Source: an uncultured Bdellovibrionales bacterium
GTDB lineage: Bacteria > Patescibacteriota > Minisyncoccia > Moranbacterales > DUUL01
Assembly: GCA_964346295.1 (NCBI GenBank)
Contig: CAYFUG010000004.1
Span: forward strand, 532 to 64,531
Reading direction: 5' to 3'
DNA length: 64,000 nt
In this document: positions 9,978 through 19,963 of the stretch, piece by piece
Layout: every line of letters begins with the position of its first letter
How positions within the stretch are numbered: the first letter of the stretch is position 1
Program-made: the position numbers and the translations under genes
Notes under the pieces: generated by a model
Told to the model about the DNA's origin: nothing
Databases searched by the model: none
Seen by the model: only the letters and a program-made list of their open reading frames with translations

Positions 9978-10228
9978 TTACTGTTTAGTCTATTTTCTCC
10001 TTATTTTTAAGGTGAAAGGTGATTAGCTTCTTTAGGGTGGTTTGCCATTTGGTCATTGCAATTTGCAATTAGCAATTAGAAGGCAAGCCGCTGGAAAGGA
10101 GTTAATCACCAACAACCTTATTTCTAAATCCCGAAAAGGAAGGCAAAAGTAAAGGCCCGGTCCGCTTTGGGCGGATGGTCGGGAGCTACACTGACTTTTG
10201 CTGGAATTGGAGGGAGAAGGAGAGGATC

Positions 10229-11209
10229 ATGACCAATTTCGCGAGCAAATTTGACGGCAAGGGGATCCATGTAATCGCAACCGGTTCGGTGGACGGGGTT
10301 TTGACCACCGCGGCATTTTTGCGGGTGATCGGACTCCATGAGGAGAAGGCAGGGGTGGAGTTTACCCAGGCCTTCACGGTTGACAAGCTGAATCCGGCCC
10401 AGTGGCCGGAGGGGCGGCAGGTCGTTTTCGTGGACCTGGCGGTCAACAATCAGAACCCGGAGATGACGGCGGATTTCGTCCGGCGCATTCGGGAAGCGGG
10501 ACATGAGATCGTTGCCGTATGCGACGAGCACGACGCCGACGCCTGGAAGCGGGTGTTGGGGCAGGAGCCCTTTGAGGCCCTGATCGTAAAGCCCCAAAGT
10601 CAGAAAAAGGGCGAGGCCCAGTCCAGCGGCGCCATTTTATTGGAGGCGCTGGGGGACGAGGCCGATGACCACACTCGCGAGCTGTGCGAAGCCGCGAATG
10701 CCGCCGACCAAATGGATTTTTCCACCCATTTTGGCAGTTACGCCAATCGGGCGGTTAAGTCCGCCATGGGAGACAACTCCCGGCGGGTGCATTTGGCTGG
10801 GCACTTTGCTGCCAACCGGGAGCCGGACGAAGTTATCAGCAGCTGGTGCGCCGAGTACGAGGCGATTATCGCCACCCACGAGGAAGTCCTGGGAAACCGG
10901 GAAGACCTGGGAAGCGGGATCGTCCGGATCGACTGCACTGGCAAGAAGGTGGACATGACCACCTTGATGGGCCAGGTCTACGATCTGCCTGAAACGAAGG
11001 CCTGCCTGGTGATCGGGCCGGTGTATAACAAGGCCAAGGGCGGAATCGAGGTTATGGCCTCCTTCGGAACACGGATTGAAGGCTTCGACATTCAGGCCGC
11101 GATTCAGTCCGAAGGTGTTTCGGCCGGCGGCTTTGCCTCCAAGGCGAATGTCGATCTGGAAAACGAAAAGGCGGCCATTGAGGCCGTCAGAAAAGCGCTT
11201 AACGGCTAG
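10229..11209 (+). CDS. hypothetical protein, GC-rich (about 60% GC), possible degenerate DHH-like phosphoesterase
   Basis: Strong RBS GGAGGGAGAAGGAGAGG then ATG at 10229. Protein-like composition. Weak DHH-like motifs (HVIATGSVDG, VVFVDLA, AVCDEHD). Surrounding antisense and alternate-frame ORFs are treated as GC-driven artefacts. Confidence 0.55.
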   Translation: MTNFASKFDGKGIHVIATGSVDGVLTTAAFLRVIGLHEEKAGVEFTQAFTVDKLNPAQWPEGRQVVFVDLAVNNQNPEMTADFVRRIREAGHEIVAVCDEHDADAWKRVLGQEPFEALIVKPQSQKKGEAQSSGAILLEALGDEADDHTRELCEAANAADQMDFSTHFGSYANRAVKSAMGDNSRRVHLAGHFAANREPDEVISSWCAEYEAIIATHEEVLGNREDLGSGIVRIDCTGKKVDMTTLMGQVYDLPETKACLVIGPVYNKAKGGIEVMASFGTRIEGFDIQAAIQSEGVSAGGFASKANVDLENEKAAIEAVRKALNG

Positions 11210-11685
11210 ACAGTAGCCCCGTTCGTAACTCTCCTCTCTGCTATTTTTATAGTAGAGCAGCGACGAGTGCGTTCGGGGCCTAGCCAAAGATTTTCGTGTG
11301 GTTCAGGGAAAGGAGTTTGTCGGCAACATTCGACAGCTCCTTCCTTCTAAGCTCGGCAACTGAAAGTTTTCAGCTGGTGGTTTTAGAAGGGAATAATGTT
11401 TCCCTAGAGAGTGTATCTCTAAGATATGCTCTAGTTCTTTGACAAGTCCTATTTATACTAGACTCTAAGCTCTGGAGGTTTGATTCTCAAGCTTTTCCCA
11501 TTCCTTAATTTCCTTAAATTCCTAGCTTTACCATCACTGCCTGAGAGCGCAAATACGAATATCCGTTGAAGTAGCGGAAAGTTGTCTAAAATTTGTGCTT
11601 GCAAGTGGTGATGGTAAAAACCCTGGCCGGAATGTTTCCGGTGGGGGTTGGAAGTAATTTTTGAAAAAAGGAAAAAGGAGAAGTC

Positions 11686-12459
11686 ATGGAAAACAATTCC
11701 AAAGAGATGGCGAAGGTTGTGGCTGAGGGATTAGTCGGATTTTTGTCTGGCACTCTTATACTGTTTATTATGGCAAGGATTGCTAGTCCAGGGCCTTCAG
11801 TGTTCCTTGGAATAGCTACAAACCTCCTGTTCTTCATGGGCAGGATTAACTGGATTGGGGGGTGGGAGAAAAAAATACTTTTCATTTTCACTCCAATTAT
11901 CCTCTGGATGGCTCTTATAGGAGCCTGGGGGTTGGGATTATTTCAAATGCCCGACCCAATCAGGCCACCCGTAATCGAAGAGGGGCCGGAGGTGGAGGCC
12001 GTTGAGCTTGATGCGGAAACTTTTATTCCCCGAGTTGAGCGAGAAGAGGGGAAGTTAAGAGTTTCCCTGCATCGACTTAGGCCGTCTACAGAGAAACTCT
12101 TTTTTGCCGTTCAAGAGAACGGCTATTTCTTTCTCGAGTTTAATTTTGGGGGAGGCCGTCTTGCTAAAATAGAGCGCAGAGCCTTCGCCTCCAGCGAAAA
12201 CCCCAGGGAAAGATGGGATTACAGGCTGGAGGGAGGGGCAAGCTCTTTGCTCGAATGGCTTCAGGAAGAGAGAGTTGCTCTTGGAGACCGCGACATGGAA
12301 GATTTCGAAAAATTCATGGAGTGCTTCGGTTTCCAGGGCGAAATCGCCAGGGCGTTTTTCTTGGCCTGCCAGTTTGGAATGGACTGGCCGGAAAAATATT
12401 CACTCGAGACCCAGTTGGCTCGAGAGCTTTTCCGGGAATTAATTTCCGGGGAGCTGTAA
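11686..12459 (+). CDS. hypothetical membrane-anchored protein
   Basis: RBS AAAAGGAGAAG then ATG. Two or three N-terminal TM segments followed by a soluble domain. Intermediate GC. Confidence 0.5.
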   Translation: MENNSKEMAKVVAEGLVGFLSGTLILFIMARIASPGPSVFLGIATNLLFFMGRINWIGGWEKKILFIFTPIILWMALIGAWGLGLFQMPDPIRPPVIEEGPEVEAVELDAETFIPRVEREEGKLRVSLHRLRPSTEKLFFAVQENGYFFLEFNFGGGRLAKIERRAFASSENPRERWDYRLEGGASSLLEWLQEERVALGDRDMEDFEKFMECFGFQGEIARAFFLACQFGMDWPEKYSLETQLARELFRELISGEL

Positions 12460-12858
12460 AAATAGGACTACTAAAGAATAGGATGGGGCGCGCGTTGGAT
12501 CGTCAACCGCGCCTCCCCTATCATCCGGTGAGACCGGATCTGATGAGGTTTTCTGAATAACATTTCAGAGTCAAAGCCGAAATAGGGATTGTTTCTTTGT
12601 AATGTTTTTAGTGGTAAAAGTTAGCCTTTTGTGGGCTGTAGTGTCAAATTCAAAAACCTCTCTCCTCCTCTATTGGTTATAAATACTAGCTATTTAGTCA
12701 CTAGAGTTGAATTTGATGCTCAGCCCAAAGGAGGCTAAGTAAATAAAAAGTAAAAACATCTCTTATCCAGGGGGTGTTTTTTGATGGAAATTTTGATTAA
12801 TTGGAGTTTTTTGCTAAAATTCAAAAAAGATCTGAGAAATAAAAGGATAAAAAAAATT

Positions 12859-15192
12859 ATGGAAAAGGAAAATCAACAACCATTAGAAAAGGGTAAGCCT
12901 GAAGAAGTTAGGAGGAGCCCCGAAAGTCAAGCAGGGAATTTCTGGAAATGGGAAGATTTAGAATTAGGTGAATTAACCCTAAGAAGAGTAGCGGAATTGA
13001 AAGCACAGATTGAAGCAGAAGGGCGAAGAGAACAAGAAGGCCTGAATAAAGAGCAAAAAGAATACAACAGTCATCGATTAGTAGTTTTTGAGCCAGGAAG
13101 AAGCTCTGGAGAGTTAGTTACTAGAACTTTAGGGAAAGTTGGCCTTGTAAAAGAAAACCCTCAGGAGCTGAAGGTGGAGCCAGGGAAAGTTTACGATGTG
13201 ACAATTGTAGAAGAGGTTTCTGGGAAGGGAAAGGGAGGATTTTTTCAATTAAGAGTAGAAGAGGAAATTGATCCGGATCAAATCGATGACCGGACTTTGT
13301 TTCGCTATAATAACTTGGAAGTAAAAGAGGCGGCTGAAAATCCAAAAGGAACTAATTTGCGACAGCTGTCTTTTGAGCAGAGAAAGGGAAGATGGGGCGC
13401 AGTTTATCGAGATTACAAAGGATCTGATTTGGATGGGGTGGAGCGTACTGGGCCTCGCTTAGTTACTCTCAATGAAGAGAATTTTTCGGTTGGAGAGGTC
13501 AAAGAAGGAGAGGAGTATCTGGTAGTACTTGGAGAAACTGGCAGAGAAATACCCACTAGAAGAGGTGGAAAAATGGTTTTGCAAAAAGGAATGGTTCTGA
13601 AGCCGGCTCGAGAATGGCTAATGCAGCCTCGCTTTAATCGCTTGGGTGGAATCGAGTTGTATTTGCTGCGGGGAGTCAAAAAGGAGAGTCTTGTTCAGGT
13701 TGGCTCTCGGGAAGATATTGAAAAAAAGCTTCCAGTTGAGATCCCTTCTGAATACCGGGCCAAGTTAGAAGCAATGTTGAAAATAAAAGAGTGGGAAAAA
13801 GGGCAGAATCAAGAACGAGATAAAATAGCAGTGGAATTTATCAGAGGATTTCAAGAGGCTTGGGAGCAGGCGGAGGCGAGGTATTGTGAAGAAGAGGTGG
13901 AGCTAAAGGAAGTCAGTGAGGATTTTTGCCGGTTTGAGTGGGATAATCAGGATTATACTTTTGAGCCTTATCTTCCACCTTCGGAATTAGGAAGAGCGCC
14001 CGGCTTTTTTGTGAAAAAGGGTGATAAACCAGGAATTAAAAGCAGTGAAGATCCGGTGAGTGAGCATCCTTATTTTAAGGCTTGGGAGGAGCAGAGAGGG
14101 CAAGACCCGGATTATCTTTTAAAGACAGAAATTGTGCGGGCTTTAATGAAGTATTCTCAGGAAGATCCCTTAGAGATTGATTGGGGGGATAGCGGCATTT
14201 TCGATAGTTCTGCAATGCGAAATTTAGTAGGGGATATTAGATCTCAGGGGGCAGAGATGGATTTAGACTTGGATAACCAAGGGGCAGCAGTGGCTAGGGT
14301 TAGTAATGAGGAGGCTAAAGAGGTTTACTTAGGAAGCTCGGGATTAGGCCAAGGAAGATTGAAAGGCAGTTTGGTTTTTCGGTCAGCCTTAGTGGAACAA
14401 GGAGGGCGGTATTTTATTCGGTATGTGGTGGACCCGGAGAAGACTGAGTTAAAAGTAAATTCAAAGACACTTCACCTTAAATTGAAGGCAAGAATCAAAA
14501 CGGAAATTCTGGATCCGTTGATAGAAGAATTGTCTCAAGCAACCAAAGAGGGAGAGCAGTTGATCAAAATGGGCGGTCAAGAAGAAGAGGGGGAAGTAGC
14601 CAGAGGGGGTTCTGGGGAAACATTGGAGACCGATCAAGGAACCCCGGGAGCTTTTGATCCAGGTGAAATGGAAGGAGGAGGAGATCAAGAAAGCTTCTCA
14701 AAAGGATCCGCACCAAACAGTTATCGGGAGCTTAATCTAGGGGAATTATCAGATGATGAATATGGACGGGCAGGAGCCTGTGCAAATGAAGTATTGAATT
14801 ATGCTAAGTATGATCGGAACCTTTCTTTTAGTGTCGGGGAGGCAAATAGTACTAGAGATGAATTGACTCAACTGGTTGCTTTTGAGAGGCGATACAATCC
14901 GGAGGGCCCTATCGCTGAGGCTATTCAAGGGACTGAGCGCTTAACTGGTCAGGACTGTGCTGTTGTTTGGAGGATTTACAAAAGGGAAGAGATTAGCGCA
15001 ACTTCTGAAAATTCGGAGAGCGCCCAGGGGAGTCCAGAAGTAGCAGAGGAAGTCTTAGGGGAGCCTGTTCCCGCTCAAGGAGATACTCAACAAGCATCTC
15101 CTACGGCAGGCTCGTTGGCTGATTTAAAAGCGATGTTTGGAGGAGAGGGGTCCAAAAAGAAGAATAAAAAATCTTCCAAAAAGAAAAAATAA
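12859..15192 (+). CDS. large hypothetical protein with Lys-rich C-terminus (alternative start 12784)
   Basis: Long ORF with no recognisable motifs. The upstream TTG/ATG codons at 12781/12784 overlap a terminator hairpin, so the start is set at MEKENQQ. Confidence 0.5.
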   Translation: MEKENQQPLEKGKPEEVRRSPESQAGNFWKWEDLELGELTLRRVAELKAQIEAEGRREQEGLNKEQKEYNSHRLVVFEPGRSSGELVTRTLGKVGLVKENPQELKVEPGKVYDVTIVEEVSGKGKGGFFQLRVEEEIDPDQIDDRTLFRYNNLEVKEAAENPKGTNLRQLSFEQRKGRWGAVYRDYKGSDLDGVERTGPRLVTLNEENFSVGEVKEGEEYLVVLGETGREIPTRRGGKMVLQKGMVLKPAREWLMQPRFNRLGGIELYLLRGVKKESLVQVGSREDIEKKLPVEIPSEYRAKLEAMLKIKEWEKGQNQERDKIAVEFIRGFQEAWEQAEARYCEEEVELKEVSEDFCRFEWDNQDYTFEPYLPPSELGRAPGFFVKKGDKPGIKSSEDPVSEHPYFKAWEEQRGQDPDYLLKTEIVRALMKYSQEDPLEIDWGDSGIFDSSAMRNLVGDIRSQGAEMDLDLDNQGAAVARVSNEEAKEVYLGSSGLGQGRLKGSLVFRSALVEQGGRYFIRYVVDPEKTELKVNSKTLHLKLKARIKTEILDPLIEELSQATKEGEQLIKMGGQEEEGEVARGGSGETLETDQGTPGAFDPGEMEGGGDQESFSKGSAPNSYRELNLGELSDDEYGRAGACANEVLNYAKYDRNLSFSVGEANSTRDELTQLVAFERRYNPEGPIAEAIQGTERLTGQDCAVVWRIYKREEISATSENSESAQGSPEVAEEVLGEPVPAQGDTQQASPTAGSLADLKAMFGGEGSKKKNKKSSKKKK

Positions 15193-15244
15193 AAATCCAA
15201 GAGGTAGATATATTAAAGAGAGATAAAAAGTGACTTTCAGAGTA

Positions 15245-15280
15245 GAAAAAACCACTTGCCAGTAGGCAGGTGGTTTTTTA
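15245..15280. terminator. bidirectional rho-independent terminator between convergent genes
   Basis: AAAAAA-CCACTTGCC-agta-GGCAGGTGG-TTTTTT. Confidence 0.7.
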
Positions 15281-15292
15281 GTTAGAGAAGAG

Positions 15293-18200
15293 CTATAAAT
15301 TTGTCAAGATTGGCATATCAACAAAAGTATTAGAAGATCCAGAGTGGGTGATCTTATAATGAGTAAGAAAAATCCGATCTGTTTTGTCTGCTAAATTTTC
15401 CTGAGTTAGCTTTATTCCCAGGTTGATACCAATTTGAACAGCCAAGGCGGCTGACCAGCGTCCTGCTAGTATCCTAATTTTACTTTTTTCGGGAGAATTT
15501 TTAAGTACCAAGATTACTTGAGAGGAGATGTTTCTGACTAGCTCGCTAATAATTTCTGGTTTATCTAAATCCAGAAAGCCCTTAACGCCAATTTCACAAT
15601 CGAATTTCTCTATTGGAAAAACTTCCCCTGCTAAATTTGTCACTCCTTTTGACTTGATCTCCTCTTGATTTTCCAGGGGGTTATTTTGCCCGATGTGAAG
15701 ATTAATATACCCGTTCTTATCTGGAGTTAATTCTCTTTTTTCTGGCAAAGGCCGAAAGAAAGAATTGGGAATGGAAAGCTTTCCTTCGGTTTGGCGCCAC
15801 TCCTCGATTTGTTCTAGAGTAGCCTGAAGATTTTTATTTTCAGGAAAGGCAGTTTGAAGGTCTTCTAGTAGCCGAGGATTAGCGCGGGTGGTTTCCTTCC
15901 AAAATTGAGGAAAATCCCCGTAAGGATATCGGTCAAGAAGTCGCTCTAAGTTTTGAGCAAACTCCGGGTGGATAGCTTCTTTATTCTCCTTAGCCAAGAG
16001 CCCCAGGTAGTTAGCGAGGGTGGTTTCATTGACAACTTGCAAATCTCGCTTTCGATTTTCTTCCTGGAAAGCCTGATATTCACCAGAAAGCACAATTTTT
16101 TCTAGAGCGGGAATTAAATTACTAGGCTCTGGTTGACTATTTTCTAGGGCAGGGCGGGTTAATTTGCCTAAAATCCCGTAAGCTTTGCTGGCGATTTTAG
16201 CTGGTAGATAGGGGAATTGAAAAGCGGCGTAGTGCTCGTTCATGCCAGTGGGAACCAAAAACTTCTTGCGATCCATTTTGGGAGCTAATCGGTAAACACG
16301 ATGAAGGGCGGTGGGATTTTCGCTGATATTTGCCAAGATAGGAAGCAGTTCTTGAGTTGGGTCAAGTGCTTCCATCCAGCTGAGATCTAAATCTTCCAAG
16401 CCGTTGAGAGCATTGTGAATATCTTCTACTTGGTCTAAATAATGCCGCAACATCTTTAAGGCCCGTTGATTTTTAGCCTTGATGATTTGGGGTGGGTCTT
16501 GATAGCCTTCTTGAGTGGCAGCTTGGTTCCAGGCTAGCCGGGAAAGATCATCCATTTCTTCATAAAGTTCGAAATCGCTCTCGTAAATCCGGAAAGATTT
16601 TCCATCGTCAGAGAAGATTAAATCCAGACAACCCTCGGGAGCACGATATTGACCACGGTGCTCTGACGGGTAGTGGGCTTCATAATTTTCAAAGTCTAAT
16701 TTTCCTGCCAGCTGGCTAGCTCTTTGCCGGAAATCCTTTTTGTTGTCCGAGCGTTCAAAGCTCAAGAGATCTTTGAGGACGGTAAGAATTTCTTCTTGAT
16801 TGAGGCTGGTGCCAGCGGGGCCGGTTGCCACAATACCCCGGTGGCCGCCAAACTGACTTTGCTCCACCGAAAAAGTAGGTCGGGAGCCGTGCCAATTCTC
16901 GTACTGATTGAGCCGAGCGATTAATCTCTCCAGGTCGAAGTTTTCTCCGGTGGTATCTCTCAAGGAGGTCAAAACTAACTTAGGAGGTAACTCTTCTTCA
17001 GGCTGGTCGATATCAACCCGGTCCACTTGGAAAAGTAAAAAATCAGGCTCAAAATTATACTGTTGCTTAATTTGATTGGCTAAAAATCCGCTGGCTCCTT
17101 CTAAGTTTTTTAAATCATCTCCCGTAAGGTCTACTGCGGCAAGTTTAATTCCTCGGAAGGTGGTGGCGGTTTCTAGAAATCTTCCCTCTGCGCTGCTGAT
17201 TTTTTCGGTGGCAGTTCTTTTTAATTGGCTTTGAAGTTCTTGGTTTTGGGCTTCAACTTGCCCTCGGTTTTCCCGATAGTCCGAGTCAATTTCTGCAGCA
17301 GCTGCTTGTAGCGTACTTGAATCGCTGGAGTCTTGGCCGCGTTGGAGCATTTGATCCATAATCCGAATCATTTGCTGGATGAATTCCGGGCGATTTTCCT
17401 GGTGCTTAGAGAGATCACTAGAGTGTTGCTGGTCAAAAATTTTCTTTTTGGTGTAAAAAATTTGCTTAAGAGCAGCTAAATCCTTGGCTCGAAGATTTTG
17501 AGGCTGAAAGCGGCCACCATCACGGTTGTCAGCACTGGAAAGCCACTGGCCTAATTCCCAGAGTTGAGCCTGACGAATCAATTTAGGATTTTTCTCTTTT
17601 GTTTCACTTCTCAAGAGTTCTTTTAAAGCTTCCGGATTAGAGAAATTTTTACTATTGGCTCGTAAAATAGCTTCGGTGGTGGAATGGCCTCGGTCTAGGT
17701 CATCGTTGTAGTTTCCAGAAACTTGAGCATTGATCCCGAATTGCTCTTTTTGATCACGGTTGATGCCTTCCAGGACTAAAGTGCCACTATCTCTCAGGGC
17801 TTCTTCGGTTACTTGAGCGCCGAAGTTTATTTCTAAAGCATTGATATCTCGGCCTTGAAGGGCGACATAAAGGCTAAAAAGTTGGTCTAAGTCGAAATCA
17901 TTCCAGGAATGGCCTAAAAAGACTCGAGAGTGGTCTAGGCCTTCTACTAGTCGTTCAGGAGCCATTTCGGGCGAGGCGGCAATTTCACTTTCAGCAGGAA
18001 GGGTGATTACTTCTAGCATACAGTAAACCCTTCCTTGAGGACTTTTAGTTTTCCGGATCCTCAAGCTTGCACTATCTGGAATAGTGCCAGAGTTATAAAT
18101 GGCATTTCCCACTACTTCTGGGCTAACTTGGATGTCGTTTTCAGGTCCAAGGCCTGACCGGATAAACCCAAATTTACCCTTGCTTTTTCTTTTTTTTTCG

Positions 18201-18412
18201 AATTCAAGGGGCGCAGTATTAACAACTGTGGTTTCACCTCCCACTTCTAAATCAGTCAAAGCTTCTAATCCGTTAGCTGGAAGGGTTGTTTCCGCGTCAG
18301 GCGTTTCTGTGGGCGACTTGGGTTTGGGAGGGGCTTCCATTTTGATGTTGGTTTTGATTTGAGATAATAAAAATCTAAAACTAGAATAGCAGAAAGACAG
18401 GTAAATTTGCAA
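15293..18412 (-). CDS. very large hypothetical protein (about 1015-1039 aa); start probably internal, at MEAPPKP (18340)
   Basis: Uninterrupted 3.1-kb ORF on the minus strand with no recognisable catalytic motifs. Confidence 0.55.
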   Translation of the reverse strand: MQIYLSFCYSSFRFLLSQIKTNIKMEAPPKPKSPTETPDAETTLPANGLEALTDLEVGGETTVVNTAPLEFEKKRKSKGKFGFIRSGLGPENDIQVSPEVVGNAIYNSGTIPDSASLRIRKTKSPQGRVYCMLEVITLPAESEIAASPEMAPERLVEGLDHSRVFLGHSWNDFDLDQLFSLYVALQGRDINALEINFGAQVTEEALRDSGTLVLEGINRDQKEQFGINAQVSGNYNDDLDRGHSTTEAILRANSKNFSNPEALKELLRSETKEKNPKLIRQAQLWELGQWLSSADNRDGGRFQPQNLRAKDLAALKQIFYTKKKIFDQQHSSDLSKHQENRPEFIQQMIRIMDQMLQRGQDSSDSSTLQAAAAEIDSDYRENRGQVEAQNQELQSQLKRTATEKISSAEGRFLETATTFRGIKLAAVDLTGDDLKNLEGASGFLANQIKQQYNFEPDFLLFQVDRVDIDQPEEELPPKLVLTSLRDTTGENFDLERLIARLNQYENWHGSRPTFSVEQSQFGGHRGIVATGPAGTSLNQEEILTVLKDLLSFERSDNKKDFRQRASQLAGKLDFENYEAHYPSEHRGQYRAPEGCLDLIFSDDGKSFRIYESDFELYEEMDDLSRLAWNQAATQEGYQDPPQIIKAKNQRALKMLRHYLDQVEDIHNALNGLEDLDLSWMEALDPTQELLPILANISENPTALHRVYRLAPKMDRKKFLVPTGMNEHYAAFQFPYLPAKIASKAYGILGKLTRPALENSQPEPSNLIPALEKIVLSGEYQAFQEENRKRDLQVVNETTLANYLGLLAKENKEAIHPEFAQNLERLLDRYPYGDFPQFWKETTRANPRLLEDLQTAFPENKNLQATLEQIEEWRQTEGKLSIPNSFFRPLPEKRELTPDKNGYINLHIGQNNPLENQEEIKSKGVTNLAGEVFPIEKFDCEIGVKGFLDLDKPEIISELVRNISSQVILVLKNSPEKSKIRILAGRWSAALAVQIGINLGIKLTQENLADKTDRIFLTHYKITHSGSSNTFVDMPILTNL

Positions 18413-18654
18413 TACTAGACAAATCCGGAGTCAAATTCCGGAATTGTCCGGAGTTGACCTTCGAGCTCGTTTTGGTTAGTTGCCGATTTAGCAAGAAGTG
18501 GTAAAATTATCTGCATTCAAGAGTCAAAAAAATAAATATTTACGTCTTCCTTGATTTTGCTCAATTCCCTTTGCCCCCTTTCTCCCTTTACAAAAGAGGG
18601 GAGTCGAAATAGACCCGTCGGTAAAATTGAGGAAACTCTAATCATTTCAACAAC

Positions 18655-19716
18655 ATGATCAAACGCAAAAAAACTAGGCAAATACAAGTAGGGAAAGTAA
18701 AAATTGGAGGGGATGCGCCGGTAGTGGTGCAATCAATGACTAACACTGATACCCGAGAGGTGGCGGCTACCGTGGAGCAGATTAACGCCTTAGAGGGGGC
18801 TGGTTGCGAATTAGTGCGAGTGGCAGTTCCCGATCAAGCAGCGGCCAAAAAGTTAGGCGAGATTAAAGCTCAAATTAATATTCCCTTAGTAGCCGATATT
18901 CATTTTTCGGCCGATCTAGCCTTGGAGGCGATTGCTCAAGGGATTGACAAGCTCCGGATTAACCCCGGCAATATGCGGCCCCAGGAAAAGATTCTTGAGA
19001 TTGTGGCGGCTTGCAAAAAGAAAAATATTCCTATCAGGATTGGAGTGAACGCCGGTTCTCTGGAAAAAGATCTGCTGGAAAAACATGGTGGCAAGGCCAC
19101 CGCTGAAGGAATGGTAGAATCGGCTTTGCGGCATATTAAAATTTTAGAGGAACTAGATTTTCAGGATATCGCCATTTCTCTCAAGGCCTCGGACATTGAG
19201 CGCACGGTGGAGGCTTATCGATTACTTAGCAGCCAGGTGGATTATCCTTTGCATGTAGGCGTGACGGAGGCGGGGACCAAGTTTCGAGGCACTATCATGT
19301 CCAGTGTGGGAATTGGGATGCTACTTTACGAAGGTATCGGGGATACCATCCGAGTTTCTCTGACTGATAATCCTCTGGAAGAGTTGCCAGTGGCTTGGGA
19401 GCTTTTAAGTGTGCTCGATTTGCGCCACAAAAAGCCTACGGTGACCAGTTGCCCCACCTGTGGCCGAACCGAGATTGATCTGGTAAAATTAACCAATCAG
19501 GTAGAAGAACTGGTGAAAGACTTTCCGACTCATTTGCACATTGCCGTAATGGGTTGTGTGGTGAATGGTCCGGGTGAGGCTCGAGAGGCGGATATTGCGG
19601 TAGTAGGAGGAAGAGGTGTGGGGCTAATTTGTCGTAAGGGCGAAACTCTCAGAAAAGTGAAGGAAGAAGATTTATTGGAAGAGTTTAAAAAGGAATTAGA
19701 TAAAGAGGTTGTGTAA
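18655..19716 (+). CDS. ispG: 4-hydroxy-3-methylbut-2-en-1-yl diphosphate synthase
   Basis: VGKVKIGGDAPVVVQSMTNTDT N-terminus. CPTCGRTEIDL plus a GCVVNGPGE Fe-S cysteine motif. Confidence 0.9.
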   Translation: MIKRKKTRQIQVGKVKIGGDAPVVVQSMTNTDTREVAATVEQINALEGAGCELVRVAVPDQAAAKKLGEIKAQINIPLVADIHFSADLALEAIAQGIDKLRINPGNMRPQEKILEIVAACKKKNIPIRIGVNAGSLEKDLLEKHGGKATAEGMVESALRHIKILEELDFQDIAISLKASDIERTVEAYRLLSSQVDYPLHVGVTEAGTKFRGTIMSSVGIGMLLYEGIGDTIRVSLTDNPLEELPVAWELLSVLDLRHKKPTVTSCPTCGRTEIDLVKLTNQVEELVKDFPTHLHIAVMGCVVNGPGEAREADIAVVGGRGVGLICRKGETLRKVKEEDLLEEFKKELDKEVV

Positions 19717-19739
19717 TTTTTAATCCAGAATTTTAAACT

Positions 19740-19795
19740 TTCAAATCCGCTTTCGCTAAAGCTACAGCTAGGCATGGCAATTTTAAATACAAAAA
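19740..19795. repeat. dispersed repeat, A-type module copy
   Basis: caaatccgctttcgctaaagctacagctaggcatggcaattttaaat is closely similar to the copy at 44770. Confidence 0.5.
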
Positions 19796-19963
19796 CTAAC
19801 TTTATAGCCTTAGAGAGCTAATTTTTATTAAAAATTGAGTCATTAAGTTATTGTTTTGAAATTAAAAATTTAAAATTAGAAATTGAGCGTTGCTTGTGGC
19901 TTAAGGCTGGATTAATTTAAAGATATCCTCGATTAAGTGAATATTTAAAATATCAAACCTAAA

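Noticed and set aside
10124-11287. Antisense and alternate-frame ORFs in GC island 1 (10124..10597-, 10186..10449-, 10637..11287-, 10665..10958+, 10738..10962-)
   Set aside because: High GC suppresses stop codons in all frames. These ORFs have biased Arg/Pro/Gly/Ala compositions and lack an RBS. The sense frame has a strong RBS and balanced composition.
9040-11300. Whether the GC-rich islands are rRNA genes, given the rrn-like tandem promoters and boxA leaders
   Set aside because: No universal 16S or 23S signatures (for example GTGCCAGCAGCCGCGGTAA, the sarcin-ricin loop, TGTACACACCGCCCGTC) are present. The regions contain long, protein-like ORFs with strong Shine-Dalgarno sites.
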